From Calditrichia bacterium (GTDB lineage: Bacteria > Calditrichota > Calditrichia > RBG-13-44-9): a stretch of 40,071 nt of DNA. Below are positions 27,674-36,505 of the stretch, piece by piece. The stretch lies in contig JARRQT010000024.1 of assembly GCA_037381445.1 (NCBI GenBank), positions 1 to 40,071 on the forward strand, given 5' to 3'. The notes beneath the pieces are model-generated. The model did not search any database. It saw only the letters and a list, made by a program, of their open reading frames with translations, and had not been told where the DNA came from. A program made the position numbers and the translations under genes. Positions within the stretch are counted from its first letter, which is position 1; each line of letters begins with the position of its first letter.

Positions 27674-28948
27674 CTATTTCAGAAGCATACATTTTCGCAC
27701 CAGCGCCGCACCGGCAGTCTCAAGCCGGTAATAATAAACGCCGGATGGAAGATTGGCTCCATTTAGTTCGATTGTGTAAGTGCCGCCAGCCTGAATACCT
27801 GATATGAGAGTTCTAATTTCCTGCCCCAGAGAATTATAAAGGATTAATCTGACCGCTGAGCGGCTGGCAAGTTCATAAGAAATTGTGGTCGTCGGATTAA
27901 AAGGATTCGGATAATTTTGATTCAACACAAAATGTGCGGGTATGTTTGTCTCCGTGCCGACGATCCTCGTGGAAATTCCGAGATAGTCCATCACCCCGTG
28001 CACCAGCGCATAGGCGGTGGAATCATATCCGCCGGCATCGGGGCTGTTGTTATCCTCATAGGTCAGGGCCATCACCTGGTCTGCGAAGTGAAGCCAGAAC
28101 CAGCTCTCCGGGTATTGAGTGGCCGTTCCGCTTGTCCAGCTGACAAAGAAATTCCAGGGCTCAATCCCGCCCGGGAAATGGGAGCGAACGCCGCCGATAA
28201 ATTGCTGCTCCAGGTCAGCGTAATATGGCGAGGTCCCGGCCGCATCATGGTAGACAAAGTAACGGGTATTTAAAACAGAGGAGTGCATGTTCAATGCAAC
28301 TTCAATGGGATTGGATGATGACATGAGTTGGGAAAACCGTTTTTGCAGCGCCGCAACTTCCGGCTGCACCTGACTGGCATTCCAGTTGCTTTCGATGTCA
28401 ATACCGTTGGCATTCTGGCGGGGCAGCCCCAGCTCCACGCCATCCGGATTATACATGGGAATGATATAGAAAACACAATTCTCCCGCACAGCGGCGGCAA
28501 AGGGATCATCGGATAAAAGCAGATTAATGACCTCGTTGGCAACCCAGAAGCTCTGCACCTCGCCGGGGTGTGTTCTCACATGCATGAAAACAGTATGCCG
28601 GCCGCCGGCTGGCGGCGGTGTATCGGATGTGATCGTCAATTGCCATAGTGCAAGGTTGAGAACGCTGGCGCCGATGCTGTCGATGGTCACATAAGGGCTC
28701 TGTCCCCAGCGCTTCAGGTCAACCAGGAGGCTGTCGTAGCCATATCCCCAGTTGCCGCCCAAAATGGCCTTCATCTGTTCCGCCAGAGCCGGGTCGAAAC
28801 CGCATTTGTCCATGGTATCGCCATAATAAACCGGCTCTGCTGATTGCTGCCCTGTTTGTGACTGTGAAAAGACCATTAACGGGATCATTGCGATAACGAG
28901 CATACAGGACAAAAGCATTCCAGTCCTGACATCAGAAAGTCTCATCAT
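27674..28948 (-). CDS. T9SS-secreted M14 zinc carboxypeptidase
   Basis: AAGGAG RBS and signal peptide. HPGE (HxxE), PMYNPDG, RQNANGID, NMH, LTYE. CTD LNQNYPNPFNP..LPSGVYYYRL..KCMLLK. Confidence 0.9.
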   Translation of the reverse strand: MMRLSDVRTGMLLSCMLVIAMIPLMVFSQSQTGQQSAEPVYYGDTMDKCGFDPALAEQMKAILGGNWGYGYDSLLVDLKRWGQSPYVTIDSIGASVLNLALWQLTITSDTPPPAGGRHTVFMHVRTHPGEVQSFWVANEVINLLLSDDPFAAAVRENCVFYIIPMYNPDGVELGLPRQNANGIDIESNWNASQVQPEVAALQKRFSQLMSSSNPIEVALNMHSSVLNTRYFVYHDAAGTSPYYADLEQQFIGGVRSHFPGGIEPWNFFVSWTSGTATQYPESWFWLHFADQVMALTYEDNNSPDAGGYDSTAYALVHGVMDYLGISTRIVGTETNIPAHFVLNQNYPNPFNPTTTISYELASRSAVRLILYNSLGQEIRTLISGIQAGGTYTIELNGANLPSGVYYYRLETAGAALVRKCMLLK

Positions 28949-28990
28949 ATCACTCCTTTGGTATGAAATTACTGTTTTTTGCGTTGGAAT

Positions 28991-30661
28991 TTATGATTTC
29001 CTTAAAACAGAACCGGCATGTGCACCGGTGTGTTCACCTTTGGCAATGGTAATTTTTCCGTTCACCAGGACATACTCAATACCGGCAGGGTATTGATGGG
29101 GTTCAATATAGGTGGCCCGATCAATAACCGTTTCAGGATTAAAGACCACCACATCGGCAAAATATCCTTCCCGCAGTCTGCCACGCCCTTTCAGACCCAA
29201 TTTTTCGGCCGGCATGGAAGTCATCTTTTTCACGGCGGTCGGTAAATCAAATACTTTTTCTTCGCGGGAATATTTGCCGAGCACCCGGGGAAAAGTGCCG
29301 TAATATCGCGGATGAGGCTTACTGCGGGATAACGGTCCGTAAGGTGCCGCCACCGATCCGTCGGAGCCGATCATGACCAGCGGCGACGCCAGCACCTTTT
29401 TCAGATTCCCTTCATCCATGGCAAAACCGGTAATGTCCACCCGGTTTTTCTCTTCGATGAGGAGCTGCCTGACAAATTCAAAAGGTGTCTTATTTGTCAT
29501 ACCGGCGCACTCCTCAATTGATTTTCCTTCAAATTTTTTGTTTTCGGGAGAATAACAGGAATTAATGAGAAAGCGGTCCCAGCCGCCAATATTTTTGCTT
29601 CTGGTATCCGCATACTCCCGGATTTTGGGCAGCAGTTTGGGGTCATTCAGGCGCGCGAGCACATCTTCCGTATCTCCCTGTCGGCTCCACAGCGGCAGCA
29701 GGCTGCTCAATCCGGTGCTCCAGGCGGTATAGGGATACCGGTCGGCATGAACCGGTAATCCGCTTTGGGAAGCATCTTCTATCATGCGGATGAGACTGTC
29801 CGCCTTATACCAGTTCACCTTGTTGCAGGCCTTGAGATGGGATATCTGCAGGGAAACCTCCGCCTCCCGGCAAATCCGCAGCGCCTCACGGACAGCCTCC
29901 TCCACCCGATCATCTTCATTCCGCATATGGGTCGCATAGACCCCGCCCCGCTTTGCAGCGACACGGGACAATTCAATCAACTCCTCCGTTTTGGCATAGC
30001 TGCCCGGCGCATATTCAAGGCCGCTGGAAAGTCCCAGGCTGCCTTTTTCCATGGATCGGGCCAGGACATCCTTCATGCTTTTCATCTGTTCCGGTGTTGG
30101 CTGGGCATCATTTTTCCCCATCACAAAAGCGCGCAGGTTTCCATGGCCGGTAAAGGTGGCATAATTCAGAGAAATGCCGTTTTCCTCCAGCGCTTCCAGA
30201 AATCCGCCGATCTCCTTCCAGTTGATATGGAAACCATATTTTTCGAAGATAGCGGCGTCCAGTTCCGAATAATCCGCATCATTCAGCGGAAAAGGAGAAT
30301 AACCGCAGTTTCCCGATACCTCGGTGGTGATTCCCTGGCGGATTTTTCCCTCTCCATCAGGATTCACCAGCAGTTCGATATCCGTGTGGGTGTGAATATC
30401 GATAAATCCCGGTGAAACCGCCATCCCGTCTGCATCAATGATTGTGTCCGCGGCGGCATCTTTCAGATCGCCGATCGCAGCAATCCTGTCCCCAGTGATC
30501 CCAATATCCTGCAGAACAGCCGGTCCCCCGGCGCCATCAATTATCAAACCGTTTTTGATGATAACATTAAAACGGTTATTCAACCGGAAGCCCAGCATAA
30601 AACCCGCCGCACCGCTGAGCAGGGTTTTATTGAACTGACGTCTGTTGATATTTTTTTCCAT
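28991..30661 (-). CDS. N-acyl-D-amino-acid deacylase (D-aminoacylase), Tat-exported amidohydrolase
   Basis: Twin-arginine leader INRRQF. PGFIDIHTH, QGITTEVSGNCG, HMRNE, QISHLK, DRYPY, IGSDG, HPRYYGTFPR, KKMTSMPA, YFADVVVF. Confidence 0.92.
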   Translation of the reverse strand: MEKNINRRQFNKTLLSGAAGFMLGFRLNNRFNVIIKNGLIIDGAGGPAVLQDIGITGDRIAAIGDLKDAAADTIIDADGMAVSPGFIDIHTHTDIELLVNPDGEGKIRQGITTEVSGNCGYSPFPLNDADYSELDAAIFEKYGFHINWKEIGGFLEALEENGISLNYATFTGHGNLRAFVMGKNDAQPTPEQMKSMKDVLARSMEKGSLGLSSGLEYAPGSYAKTEELIELSRVAAKRGGVYATHMRNEDDRVEEAVREALRICREAEVSLQISHLKACNKVNWYKADSLIRMIEDASQSGLPVHADRYPYTAWSTGLSSLLPLWSRQGDTEDVLARLNDPKLLPKIREYADTRSKNIGGWDRFLINSCYSPENKKFEGKSIEECAGMTNKTPFEFVRQLLIEEKNRVDITGFAMDEGNLKKVLASPLVMIGSDGSVAAPYGPLSRSKPHPRYYGTFPRVLGKYSREEKVFDLPTAVKKMTSMPAEKLGLKGRGRLREGYFADVVVFNPETVIDRATYIEPHQYPAGIEYVLVNGKITIAKGEHTGAHAGSVLRKS

Positions 30662-31414
30662 TTGGATTTCCCTATCGGTTTTTCACAATATAATACGCAT
30701 TGGAATTTATTGCATGGAAAATATGAGTCATTTCGGGATTAATTTTGGGTCAGGGATATTATTTAAGGAAGTCATCGCTTTCTTGCTGCAAAAAGACCGC
30801 AAATAATAGTATTCAGGGATTCAAGAATCATCAGCAGAATAACTCAACGCAGCGTTTCCCCATAAAACGCTTGCTGTCCTTTAGAAAATCATGCATCAAT
30901 TTGCCCGCTTACAGCCCAGTACGGGCTGACCGACGAGCATGCGGCTTTTGAATAACAATTAAATTATTTCTTGCTTTTCTCATGTTGATTGAGCCTTCCC
31001 ACTAATTAGCCGTCCCTAAAAAAGTACAGTTTCTGCCTGGAGATTTTTGCCCCTCCTTGGGAGCATAATGCTGCAACATAAAAGTGAACACAGAAATATA
31101 GCAGGATTAGTTTTCAGTTATACATCATTCAGCATGCCTGTTATTAGTAGTCAGATCATACGTGCACTCGCTAATGCAGCCGCAGCAAGCGGTCAAATCC
31201 ATGCAATGGGCCGTATTCAGATCTTTTTACAAATGTTAATTTGAGTAATTGCATCATAGAAAGCCCCGTTAAGCCTTTAGCCTCCCCCAGATCGATGCAA
31301 ATCCTTAATGATTACCTTCCCCCCTATTCTTTTTAAAACCCTCCCCATTTCCGGTATAAGTATAGTATAAGAAAGTCCAATCCAAACAACCCCATTAAAT
31401 GAGGAGGAGTAGCT

Positions 31415-31520
31415 ATGACAACCCAGACCGAAATCGCCATGTCATCCATAAACGAGTTCCTGGACTGCCCGCTGCGGTATCGTCTTCACCATATTGATGG
31501 AGAAAAACCCACCTGGCAGG
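31415..31520 (+). pseudogene. Truncated PD-(D/E)XK (RecB-like) nuclease, N-terminal fragment
   Basis: Strong RBS GAGGAGGAG. The first 35 codons SSINEFLDCPLRYRLHHID match the S-x-S..CP..Y motif at the start of PD-(D/E)XK_1 proteins, after which the ORF reads into repeat-like DNA and stops at 31660 without the nuclease core. Confidence 0.6.
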
Positions 31521-31565
31521 CTTCCCACACTTGCGGTTACTCCCGCAAATCTGCTAAAGTGCATA

Positions 31566-31629
31566 GACACGCGCAAAGAATAATTTCAGTAAGGAATAAT
31601 ATCAGCGTCTTGGTGGCTTTGCGTGAGTC
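31566..31629. repeat. Imperfect inverted repeat, REP-like element
   Basis: GACACGCGCAAAG (31566-31578) pairs with CTTTGCGTGAGTC (31617-31629) at 11/13 Watson-Crick positions. The right arm is preceded by GCGTCTTGGTGG. Confidence 0.4.
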
Positions 31630-31656
31630 GTTTGCCGGACTTCGCATTTTATGCAA

Positions 31657-31685
31657 TTGACTTTGTCGGGTGGAAATTCTATATT
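31657..31685 (+). promoter_or_regulatory. Sigma70-type promoter
   Basis: TTGACT (31657-31662), 17 nt, TATATT (31680-31685), ~200 nt upstream of the 31885/32435 gene pair. Confidence 0.6.
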
Positions 31686-31713
31686 ATTTTTTGGCAAAAT
31701 TGAGTGATTCTTC

Positions 31714-31798
31714 TGTCATTCCGGAAGAATCCTGGAAATTCGCAAGTTGCTTAACAAGATTCCTTCCCTCCCAAAAACGGCGGGCAGGCTGAATGTCA
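31714..31798. repeat. Degenerate REP-like palindromic element
   Basis: Outer arms TGTCATTC..GAATGTCA, inner arms GAATC..GATTC, with an internal GGCGGGCAGG motif. Confidence 0.4.
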
Positions 31799-31884
31799 AA
31801 ATCTCTATGAATCAGGAGTTGGTGATAAGGATCGCCTAACCCCGTTCATAATTAACCTGGAATTGATTTACTGAAAACGCCGGA

Positions 31885-32427
31885 TTGAAATTGTACTCTT
31901 TGCCGCAACTGTTGGATTATCATTTTCAGCTCCGCCCGCTTATGCAGGTTCAGGATGTGTATAAGCTGCTGTTGCAGGGCGTTTTCGACGCCGAACCTCT
32001 CCTTTCCGATCCGGAGCAGGCCAAAGAAATGCTGATGCATGAGATGAAGCATCAGATGCCTTCCGATACCAAATCGCTGGCCGAATCGGTTTCATTCGAT
32101 GATAAATTCATCCGGGTAAATTTGGGGCCGTTTCGGGAGAAGGGAATGGATTCGGAAAAACTTGCGGAAGCATTCGTTCAATCCGCAAAACCTGGCGCAG
32201 CGCTCGCCGAAGATTTCCCGGCAATCTGGCGTGAATTTATGGAAGTACACCGATCCGGTTATCCGATCCGGCAAGCCGAAAACGAGATCATCGAATTCAG
32301 CGATCGGGTCCGCAAGCAGGATTATGCGCCGGTCCATCATTCTGACATCTATCGAAAATACTACAAATCCTCTTACCGTATCGTGAACCGCAAAAACTTT
32401 CGCGAAGCTTTTCATCTAACGAATTGA
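31885..32427 (+). CDS. Conserved hypothetical protein
   Basis: 180-aa ORF (TTG start) with protein-like conserved motifs PLMQVQDVYKLLLQG, RVNL, VHHSDIYRKYY..YRIV. Stop lies 7 nt before the next ATG. Confidence 0.75.
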   Translation: MKLYSLPQLLDYHFQLRPLMQVQDVYKLLLQGVFDAEPLLSDPEQAKEMLMHEMKHQMPSDTKSLAESVSFDDKFIRVNLGPFREKGMDSEKLAEAFVQSAKPGAALAEDFPAIWREFMEVHRSGYPIRQAENEIIEFSDRVRKQDYAPVHHSDIYRKYYKSSYRIVNRKNFREAFHLTN

Positions 32428-32434
32428 GGCAATC

Positions 32435-33895
32435 ATGAATCCCAAATTCTATCTTATCGCCGTCCTTTTTCTGCCGCTGCTATTCGGCTGCCAGTCCACG
32501 TCCCCAAAAAGCCAATGGAGCGATTTGATCAAGGCGGGCCAGTTCACAAAAGCCGACAGCACCCTTCAAAGCTACCTCGCTGAGAACGGGAGCAAGTTGT
32601 CCGATGAGGACAGGCAGGACCTTATCTGGCAGCAGGAATGGATGAAACGGGTGCGCATCGATTATCCCTATAATCGTGCAGACATCATCCGGCAGATGCA
32701 GAAACGAATTGCCGATTTCCAGCCCGCGGAATTCGACCGCTGGATGAGCGAAGACAAGTTTGATTTCCGTGTGATCAACGGCGACACGCTTTTCCTCTAT
32801 CCCTCGGTGAGCAACCTGTTTTTTCGCTATCCGGACATCGCAAAGCGCAGGCTGCCCAAGCCGGATAATTCAAAATACGAACAGTATTTCTGGAACAATT
32901 ACGCCAAAATCATGGAAGCCGGAAAGGACAATCCCAATTCCACGGTTGTGCCGGTGAAGTTTCGGGTGCATTTCACCATCACGGTCGATCCTAATGCGGC
33001 GCCTGCGGATGAAACCATTCGCTGCTGGATGCCTTATCCGCGCATTTATGCGCAGCAAACCGATATGAAGCTGGAAGAAAGCTCGCCGCAGGTAAAATGG
33101 GTGGATCGCCCGGACAGCCCGATCCGCTCCCTCTATTTCGAACAGCCCGCCGCTGCGGATCAGCCGACTGTATTTAAGGCAACTTATTCTTATACGGCAT
33201 ATTCGACTCATCATAAAATCGATGTGGATAAGGTGCAAAGGGTATCCCTCAACGATTCCACGTTGAAGCCGTACATGAGTGAGCAGCCGCCGCATGTGGT
33301 TTTCACGCCTGAGCTGATCGGTCTGGCGAAAAAGATCGTCGGCAATCAAAAGAATCCCTACCTGCAGGCAAAGGCGCTCTACGAATGGGTAGCCAAAAAC
33401 ATCCAGTACAGCTATGCCGCAGAATACAGCACCATCCCGAATATCAGCATGTATACCTTCAACCACGGCTATGGCGATTGCGGACAGGAGGCGCTGCTGT
33501 ATATCACGTTGGCCCGCAGCCTGGGCATTCCCGCCCGCTGGCAATCCGGGTGGTATATCATGCCCGGCGGCAAGACCATCCACGACTGGACGGAAATCTA
33601 TATTGCGCCATACGGCTGGATTCCCGTGGAACCCTACATGGGGATCAAGACGCAACAATACATGGATACTTTGACGCAGGAACAACAGGACACCCTGACT
33701 GATTTCTATTTCGGCAACATCGATGCCTACCGGCTGATGGCCAATTGCAATCAAAACCAGAAGCTGTATCCGGCGAAAAAGTATTTCCGCTCCGACAATG
33801 TGGATTTCCAGCGGGGCGAGGTGGAATGGAAAGGCGGCAACATCTATTTCAATCAATTCAGCTATAGCCTCAATGTGGAAATCCTGGATCAATGA
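32435..33895 (+). CDS. Transglutaminase-like domain lipoprotein (putative cysteine protease)
   Basis: Lipobox LFGC. GDCGQEALL (Cys), ARSLGIPARWQSG, HDWTEIY (His), GWIPVEP. Confidence 0.9.
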   Translation: MNPKFYLIAVLFLPLLFGCQSTSPKSQWSDLIKAGQFTKADSTLQSYLAENGSKLSDEDRQDLIWQQEWMKRVRIDYPYNRADIIRQMQKRIADFQPAEFDRWMSEDKFDFRVINGDTLFLYPSVSNLFFRYPDIAKRRLPKPDNSKYEQYFWNNYAKIMEAGKDNPNSTVVPVKFRVHFTITVDPNAAPADETIRCWMPYPRIYAQQTDMKLEESSPQVKWVDRPDSPIRSLYFEQPAAADQPTVFKATYSYTAYSTHHKIDVDKVQRVSLNDSTLKPYMSEQPPHVVFTPELIGLAKKIVGNQKNPYLQAKALYEWVAKNIQYSYAAEYSTIPNISMYTFNHGYGDCGQEALLYITLARSLGIPARWQSGWYIMPGGKTIHDWTEIYIAPYGWIPVEPYMGIKTQQYMDTLTQEQQDTLTDFYFGNIDAYRLMANCNQNQKLYPAKKYFRSDNVDFQRGEVEWKGGNIYFNQFSYSLNVEILDQ

Positions 33896-34507
33896 GACGC
33901 TGCCAATGAAGAAGTGGATTTTTCAAATTCGGGCCACGATTCTGCAAGGAAAATTTTACCGTCATCCAGATCGTCTCTAACAAAGCTTTGCACCACTATG
34001 GTGGGATTGGCTTTTTCCTGAAGGCCGTCACAGGGTGTTTCAGGGTACAATTTCGACAGGTTGTATAAATTCGGTCAAGGTGTAGGTTCCATGGTAACCG
34101 TTTGTATGGTCCCGGCTCGACACGGTCCAACCAGGTAGATAGAAAAACCGCATAGCCAAATAAGTTGATTCTTTGTGGCAGAAGCTCCGCGGCCTGTCAA
34201 GTCCCGGTGAAGCAGCTGGCCGCAGCCAATCGCCCGTTTTAGGCATTCTAAAAAAATCCGGCTATCAATCATTCATCGCAAGAACCGCGGCGGCGGTTTG
34301 GAGAAAAGACTAAAACCAGGGCGGTATTTCCGGGTGATGATCCGATAGAAAGAATTATGGCTTTTGGTTTATGGCGACGCCGGCGAAGAATGAATAATGG
34401 CTGCCCCCAAATGGTCCTTTCTAATAACTCAATTTGTCATTATCTTTGAGGAAAGGGTTAAACTTGATGTTTGAAAAGGAACATTTACACAAAAAATTCT
34501 ACATTCT

Positions 34508-34807
34508 ATGATTTTCGGCAACCCGGTCATTTATGTAAAGACTGCGGAAGGCTACATTCGCCGCATTACCGGACCCCGAAGGGAGCCCTACGTATTCCAT
34601 GATGCCGACGAAATGGTGGAAGAATGGTATCTGTATATCGAGGCGGTTTGCATTTTCGGTCTTTCGCATTGTCATCTCCCTGCTGATAAAAGCCAATCTA
34701 TCTGTAGAATATTCTACAGTTGTTTGAATAATAATCTGCGATATCATGCCGTTTCCCCCGCCCTGCCTGTCCCTGAAACGCCTCCATTTTTTTATTCTTT
34801 CCCATGA
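34508..34807 (+). CDS. Small hypothetical protein upstream of the metal efflux operon
   Basis: 99-aa ORF co-oriented with cusBA. Contains Cys/His residues and a Pro-rich end (PALPVPETPP). No clear RBS. Confidence 0.3.
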   Translation: MIFGNPVIYVKTAEGYIRRITGPRREPYVFHDADEMVEEWYLYIEAVCIFGLSHCHLPADKSQSICRIFYSCLNNNLRYHAVSPALPVPETPPFFYSFP

Positions 34808-34917
34808 CGTATTCCCTTTAAAACAAGAGTACATGAGCCCCTCTGCGCTCCTTGTCAATCCTGGTTGCTCTCCTTCCGGCACAGTTGTTGTCCATAATCC
34901 GGAGAATGAGGAAAAGA

Positions 34918-35004
34918 ATGAACAGGCATAGGAAATATTTTTTCTTGATTATTTCACCGGCTGCCGGACGCAAAGCCCCATGGCTGCCACCGGCGGGCAA
35001 ATAA
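34918..35004 (+). pseudogene. 28-codon ORF, possible collapsed TolC/CusC outer-membrane factor gene
   Basis: GAGG RBS. MNRHRKYFFLII (start of a signal peptide) is joined to SPAAGRKAPWLPPAGK*. Stop lies immediately before the cusB RBS, in the slot normally held by cusC. Confidence 0.4.
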
Positions 35005-35020
35005 ACGGAGGATTCACTCA

Positions 35021-36505
35021 ATGCATCTGCATTATAATAAAAAAATCATTACCGCAGCCGCGAGTGGCATTTTCCTGCTCCTGCTGCTGACCATCGCCGG
35101 ATGCAGTCATAATGAAAACCGGGTTTCATCGGGAACGGCCAAACCGGACAGCACCCACGCCGCCGCCGGCAGTTCCGGACCTCAGGCGCAGCAGCAGCGC
35201 AAAATCCTTTACTGGCAGGCGCCAATGGATCCCACCGAAATTTATGACCATCCGGGAAAATCGAAAATGGGTATGGACCTGATTCCCGTCTATGCGGATC
35301 AGGCCAAAAGCAGCGGCGGCACGGTGGTGATTGACCCCGTCACGATTCAGAATATGGATGTCCGCTACACGACGGTAAAGCGGATGGATTTTTATCATGA
35401 AATCCGCGCCAGCGGCATCGTCACCTACAATGAACAAAACCTGTATACGGTCAGCAACAAAATTTCCGGATGGATTGACAAGCTCTACATCGATTATACC
35501 GGACAGATGGTCCGAAAGGGTCAGCCCCTGATGGAAATATATTCTCCAGAACTGGTCACCACCCAGCAGGAATATTTGCTGGCTCTTCGCAATCAGGAGG
35601 CATCGCAGGGCAGCGATATAGCGGCGGTCAAAGAAGGGGCCCAATCACTTCTGGCGTCGGCCCGCGAGCGGCTGGACAACTGGGACATCCCGCAAAGTGA
35701 AATCACCCGCCTGGAGAAAACGGGCAAGGTTCGCAAGACTTTGCAACTGGATGCGCCCACCAGCGGAGTTGTGATTCAAAAGAATGCCGTGAACGGCGCC
35801 CATGTGGCGGCCGGAACCGATCTGTACCGCATCGCCAACCTTTCCACCGTGTGGATCGAGGCCGGAATTTATGATTATGAACTTCCCTGGATCAACACGG
35901 GCCAGGAGGCAACCGCGACGCTCTCCTATCTCCCCGGCAAGAGCTATAGCGGCAAAATTTCATATATCTATCCTTATCTCGATCAGAAATCGCGCACCGT
36001 CAAGGTGCGGATCCAATTTGCCAACCCGGGCCTTGAACTGCGGCCCGGCATGTACGGCAGCGTTTATATCAAGGGTAAGACCATTCCCAACACGCTGGTA
36101 ATTCCCAGTGAGTCTGTTATCCACTCCGGGGAAAGAGATGTGGTATTTGTCGCCCGCGGCAACGGGAAATTCGAACCCCGGGAAGTGCATCTGGGCGTGG
36201 AAGGCGGGCCGCAGAACGGTTATGTGCAGGTATTGGGAGGCCTGCTGGAAGTTGAAAAGATCGTAACCTCCGGTCAATTCCTGATTGACAGCGAAAGCCG
36301 CTTGCAGGAGGCGATTCAGAAAATGCTGGAGCAAAAACAGGGCAAGCCTTCCCCTTCTTCCATGGAACAGCAGCCAATGCCGGGAATGAAGAGCAGTGGC
36401 AAGATGCAGATGAGCTCTCCGGATACCGTGAAAATGAATATGCCCGATCAAAACAAGAACAATGGTTCGGGCCAAATGAATATGAAGATGGAAAAATCAC
36501 AATAA
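35021..36505 (+). CDS. cusB: CusB-like RND efflux periplasmic adaptor with heavy-metal-binding domain and Met-rich tail
   Basis: GGAGG RBS and lipobox-like IAGC. YWQAPMDP..PGKSKMGMDLIPVY, GWIDKL, YSPELVTTQQEYL, IYPYLD..RTVKVR, LRPGMY, FLIDSESRL. Confidence 0.9.
   Translation: MHLHYNKKIITAAASGIFLLLLLTIAGCSHNENRVSSGTAKPDSTHAAAGSSGPQAQQQRKILYWQAPMDPTEIYDHPGKSKMGMDLIPVYADQAKSSGGTVVIDPVTIQNMDVRYTTVKRMDFYHEIRASGIVTYNEQNLYTVSNKISGWIDKLYIDYTGQMVRKGQPLMEIYSPELVTTQQEYLLALRNQEASQGSDIAAVKEGAQSLLASARERLDNWDIPQSEITRLEKTGKVRKTLQLDAPTSGVVIQKNAVNGAHVAAGTDLYRIANLSTVWIEAGIYDYELPWINTGQEATATLSYLPGKSYSGKISYIYPYLDQKSRTVKVRIQFANPGLELRPGMYGSVYIKGKTIPNTLVIPSESVIHSGERDVVFVARGNGKFEPREVHLGVEGGPQNGYVQVLGGLLEVEKIVTSGQFLIDSESRLQEAIQKMLEQKQGKPSPSSMEQQPMPGMKSSGKMQMSSPDTVKMNMPDQNKNNGSGQMNMKMEKSQ

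Noticed and set aside
4218..30715. Shared TATTGCAT-like motif upstream of spmAB, dacB and the D-aminoacylase gene
   Set aside because: Short and AT-rich, at inconsistent positions, and compatible with chance.
32870..33892. 340-aa antisense ORF
   Set aside because: It lies fully opposite the well-supported transglutaminase gene and has no motifs. It is a codon-bias shadow, as are the ORFs at 2687-3400, 24913-25716, 26209-26907 and 37985-38788.
33896..34500. ncRNA or small genes in the spacer before the cus operon
   Set aside because: Only short ORFs without RBS or motifs, and no recognisable RNA structure.
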